NCBI GenBank assembly: GCA_963796055.1
Contig: CAWCKH010000004.1
Span: forward strand, 32,001 to 96,000
DNA from: an uncultured delta proteobacterium
GTDB taxonomy: Bacteria > Myxococcota > Myxococcia > Myxococcales > Myxococcaceae
Length of the DNA: 64,000 nt
Direction of reading: 5' to 3'
The notes below the pieces were generated by a model. That model did not search any database. It was not told the origin of the DNA and was given only the letters and a program-made list of their open reading frames with translations. A program made the position numbers and the translations under genes. Shown here one piece after another: positions 60,808 through 64,000 of this stretch. The stretch's first letter is position 1; every line of letters begins with the position of its first letter.

Positions 60808-63800
60808 CTACGCCCGCCGCCGCCGAAGCAGCGCGAAGGCCGCCACGACGAGGAGGGCGACCGCGGAGCTCGGAGCGCCCGTGCTGGAGCAGCCGCCCGA
60901 ATCCTGGGGAGGCTTCGAGATGGTCAGGTTCTTCGTCGCGGTGGAGGTGAGCCCGGTCGTATCGGTCACCTTCAGCGAGATCACCACGGTGCCCGCGGTG
61001 GTCGCGGTGAAGGTGACGTGGGCTGCGGTCGCCGAGCTGAAGGTCCCCGCCGGTCCCGAGGCCTGACTCCAGGCGTAGGTGAGAGTCTGGCCGTCCGGAT
61101 CGGTCGACGCGTTGCCGTCCAGCTGAACCGCTTGACCCGTCTTCGCGCTGCTCGGACCGTTGATCCGCGCCACGGGTGGACTGCCGAGGTCGTGGACCGT
61201 GACGTGGGTATCCGACGTCCGCGTCCCGTTCTGGCCGGTGGCGGTCAGCCGGAAGGTGAGCACCGTGTCCTGATCGACCATGGGCGCGGTGAAGGTCGTG
61301 GTCAGGGCCACGGGGCTCAGGGTGACAGCTGGACCTCCGATCTGGCTCCACGCGGTGGACACCTCGCCGCCGCTCAGGTCGGGCGCCGAGCCGGTGAGGG
61401 TCGCGGTGGCGCCCTCGTTCACCGTCTGGTCAGGCCCGGCATCGGCGATCGGGATGCAGACGTGGCGATCGGCGACGTCCTCGAGGAACGGAGTGTTCGC
61501 CGCGTTGCTCACCGCGAAGTCGTCCAGCTCGTACAGGAAGATGGTGTTGAAATCGTCGAACCCGCCGCCGTAGCGGAACCGTACCCGGACCGATTTCCCC
61601 GCGAGGCTGGCATGGAAGTTGGCGGTGGTGGTGAGGAAGCCCGGCGCGCTCGCGTCGGCGGCGGTGAACGCCATCCGCCCGGCGAGCGGGCTCTGGTACT
61701 GCGGAATGGCGCCGGCGCGGCTCGCGACCTCGTGGTTGTACCCGTTGGTGATGGTCGCTCCGAACACCGGGTCGGTCATGTCCGTCCAGGTCGTCCCGTC
61801 GTCGGTCGAGACCTCCACCACCACGCCACCCAGGTAGGGGATGGCCGTCACCGCGCCGTTGGCGAAGATCGCGGCGATGCTCGACCAGGAGAGGATGAAA
61901 TCACCCGCCGCACCGACCTGGATCGGCGGCGAGATGAGCGACTCGTCCGCCTGAATGTTGTTGGCGACGTCCCAGCTGATTGAACCGCTGTCCAGTTCCC
62001 CCCGGAACCAGCTGCTGAGTGCGGGAGAGCTCTGGCCGTGCGGCGGGTACTCGATCGCCCAGTTGGAGTTGATCGCCTCGAACCCGTCGGTGGTGGCTGT
62101 CGCCACGTCGTCGAAGTTGGTCGGCGCCCCCCCGTTGTCCCCGTTCTGGGGTGTGGTGGCCAGGGTCGAGCCCTCCACCGTCGCGGTGACCGTCACCGAA
62201 CCCGGGGTGGTGACTCCGTTGAGCGCGATCTTCGCGGTGGCCACGCCGGTCGCGCCGGGGGCGATGGCCGGGAAGGTCAGCGACGGCCCGTCGGGGAAGG
62301 TGATCCCGGGGTCGGTGCTGGACACGGTCCCGGTGACGCCGGTGACGGTGTCCTTGCCCACGTTCCGGAGGGTCACCGAGACCAGGGCGACCTCGCCGCT
62401 GTCGAGGATGCCGTCCCCGTCGCAGTTGGACGGCCCATCCACGACGGCCACGCTCTCCAGCCGGACGTTGGTGCCCCAGGTGAAGTCCTCGACCAGGCCG
62501 GCGTGATCCGCGCTCGCCCGGTCGGGCGCGACCGCGGCCACTCCCAGTCCGCGCCGGGCGAAGGCTTTCCCGAACGCCTGGTAATCGGCATCACTGCTCG
62601 CCGCCGCGACCTGGAGCAGCGCATCACGCGCCTCGACGAAGGTCGGATACGCCGGCGTCACCTTGTAGGCGGCGACCAGGTAGTCCTTCATCCGCTGCTG
62701 CGCCTCGGTGAACGAGTAGGCGTTGAGCAGCGAGGCGTAGCAGTCCCAGAGCATGGTGGCCCAGATCTCGCCGGTGTTGTGGACCTCCGCGGGGTTGTCC
62801 GCAGCCGAGCCACCCCAGGGGAAGGTGACGCTGCCCGGGGCGAAGGCGGTGTTGATGAACTTGAAGGTGGTGCCGTTCTTCGCCAGGTCCGTGGAGTAGG
62901 TGACCCGGCGAATGCCGAACCAGATCGGATCGGAGATGAGCCCGGCGGTGGCGTAGGTCGCCGCACCGTAGGCTCCCTGCCACTGGTCGTTTCCGGGGAC
63001 CGTGCTGTCCTCCTCACGCACCAGCATCAGGAGCGCGTGGAAGTCGGACCAGCCCTCGCCCATTCCGCGACCCTGACAGCTGTCGCAGAGGTCCAGGGCT
63101 CCGCCGGCGATCAGCCGGTGAGCGATGAAGTGCCCCCACTCGTGGGCGACGATCCCGCTGTCGATCGCTCCATCGAGGTCGGGCTTGGTGACCCGCTTCA
63201 TGTGAACGTTGAGCCCCGCGCCATTCGCCGCGGCGATGAGCGTCAGCCCGTCGGCGTTGGACACCAGGTATGCGGGGAGGTCGAACCCGAGGCTCACGTT
63301 CGTCGCGCCGTTGGTGGCATTGCGGAAGATCACGCCGATCGCCCCCGCCGCCTGCACCGCGGCCGCCTTGGCGGCAAAGCTGCACGTGCCGCGATCCACC
63401 AGGGCGATCTTCCCGGCCAGGGCCGCGCCGTTGGTCACCGCGGTGCACGCCAGCGCAGGGTTCGCCTGGACCACGTTCTGGGTGATGTCGAAGCTCGTCG
63501 GCGAGTTGCTCATGACGACCACCGGCACGTCGCCGTTCGGGAAGCCCAGGGTGTCGTTCCCGTTCACGTGCAGCGTGGGGATGGTCTGACCGTCGAACAC
63601 GTACATCTGCATCCGCGGAGACGCGCCGTCCGCGGGGGTCCACATGTTCGCGTTGTCCCGCCCGCTGAAGTCGAACGCCTCGGCGAAGAGCGGGTCCTGG
63701 TCGCCGCCCGAGGGGCCGCGGCCGTAATTGTCGCTCTGCGCGTTCCCCGAGGCCTCGCTGAATCCCGAGTCGTAGTACCAGTCGTGGAACCAGTTGTTCA

Positions 63801-64000
63801 GGAAGAAGAGGTGGACGATTGCCGCCTTGTTGCTCGACGTGTCGGTGCCGGCGGGCACGAGGTCGGTCCAGAGGTACTTGAAGGCGCGCGTCCCGGTCAG
63901 CTGGGCCCGGTAGTCCGGCCCGTTGGGGTCCGGCGTGTAGCCGTCCTCGCCGCCCAGGTCCGCGTAGGCGTCGACGTTGTTCCCCACCGTCTCGGTGGCG
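60808..64000 (-). CDS. M36 (fungalysin) metallopeptidase with PA and PKD-like domains and MYXO-CTERM sorting signal; 5' end lies beyond the window
   Basis: GNNVDAY, NANM.TP.DG, HEWGH, GMGEGWSD, EVH..GE.W; C-terminus GGCSSTG-TM-RRRR. Confidence 0.93.
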   Translation of the reverse strand, partial: ATETVGNNVDAYADLGGEDGYTPDPNGPDYRAQLTGTRAFKYLWTDLVPAGTDTSSNKAAIVHLFFLNNWFHDWYYDSGFSEASGNAQSDNYGRGPSGGDQDPLFAEAFDFSGRDNANMWTPADGASPRMQMYVFDGQTIPTLHVNGNDTLGFPNGDVPVVVMSNSPTSFDITQNVVQANPALACTAVTNGAALAGKIALVDRGTCSFAAKAAAVQAAGAIGVIFRNATNGATNVSLGFDLPAYLVSNADGLTLIAAANGAGLNVHMKRVTKPDLDGAIDSGIVAHEWGHFIAHRLIAGGALDLCDSCQGRGMGEGWSDFHALLMLVREEDSTVPGNDQWQGAYGAATYATAGLISDPIWFGIRRVTYSTDLAKNGTTFKFINTAFAPGSVTFPWGGSAADNPAEVHNTGEIWATMLWDCYASLLNAYSFTEAQQRMKDYLVAAYKVTPAYPTFVEARDALLQVAAASSDADYQAFGKAFARRGLGVAAVAPDRASADHAGLVEDFTWGTNVRLESVAVVDGPSNCDGDGILDSGEVALVSVTLRNVGKDTVTGVTGTVSSTDPGITFPDGPSLTFPAIAPGATGVATAKIALNGVTTPGSVTVTATVEGSTLATTPQNGDNGGAPTNFDDVATATTDGFEAINSNWAIEYPPHGQSSPALSSWFRGELDSGSISWDVANNIQADESLISPPIQVGAAGDFILSWSSIAAIFANGAVTAIPYLGGVVVEVSTDDGTTWTDMTDPVFGATITNGYNHEVASRAGAIPQYQSPLAGRMAFTAADASAPGFLTTTANFHASLAGKSVRVRFRYGGGFDDFNTIFLYELDDFAVSNAANTPFLEDVADRHVCIPIADAGPDQTVNEGATATLTGSAPDLSGGEVSTAWSQIGGPAVTLSPVALTTTFTAPMVDQDTVLTFRLTATGQNGTRTSDTHVTVHDLGSPPVARINGPSSAKTGQAVQLDGNASTDPDGQTLTYAWSQASGPAGTFSSATAAHVTFTATTAGTVVISLKVTDTTGLTSTATKNLTISKPPQDSGGCSSTGAPSSAVALLVVAAFALLRRRRA

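Overview
High-GC bacterial chromosome segment, very probably Myxococcota: it has a MYXO-CTERM M36 protease, a myxobacterial minor-pilin/PilY1/TfcP-like cluster and myxobacterial-type secreted proteins. About 60 CDSs and two tRNAs (Arg-TCT, Pro-TGG) are visible; I see no CRISPR array, integrase or transposase. Housekeeping genes include rplM-rpsI-pilT, recX-bamD-FHA-selD, an amidase, rph-rdgB, maf, tatD-tcdA, mutY, msrA and pcm. The best candidate for an undescribed system is the envelope locus at 1617-7286. It encodes a Cyc2-like fused CxxCH cytochrome/beta-barrel that overlaps a YceI gene, a TonB-like Pro-rich membrane protein, two paralogous Pro-linker beta-barrels and a lipoprotein cytochrome c with a non-canonical CX3CH motif. 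Other points: a UGA-recoded (Sec) SelD that the ORF track splits; a His/Cys-type TfcP-like cytochrome inside the pilX-pilY1-pilV-pilW-fimU cluster; a probable CTG start for tatD; and several broken genes (hybrid kinase with two frameshifts, uvrD missing Walker B) that could be pseudogenes or assembly errors. All calls come from motif recognition by eye; no database searches were run.
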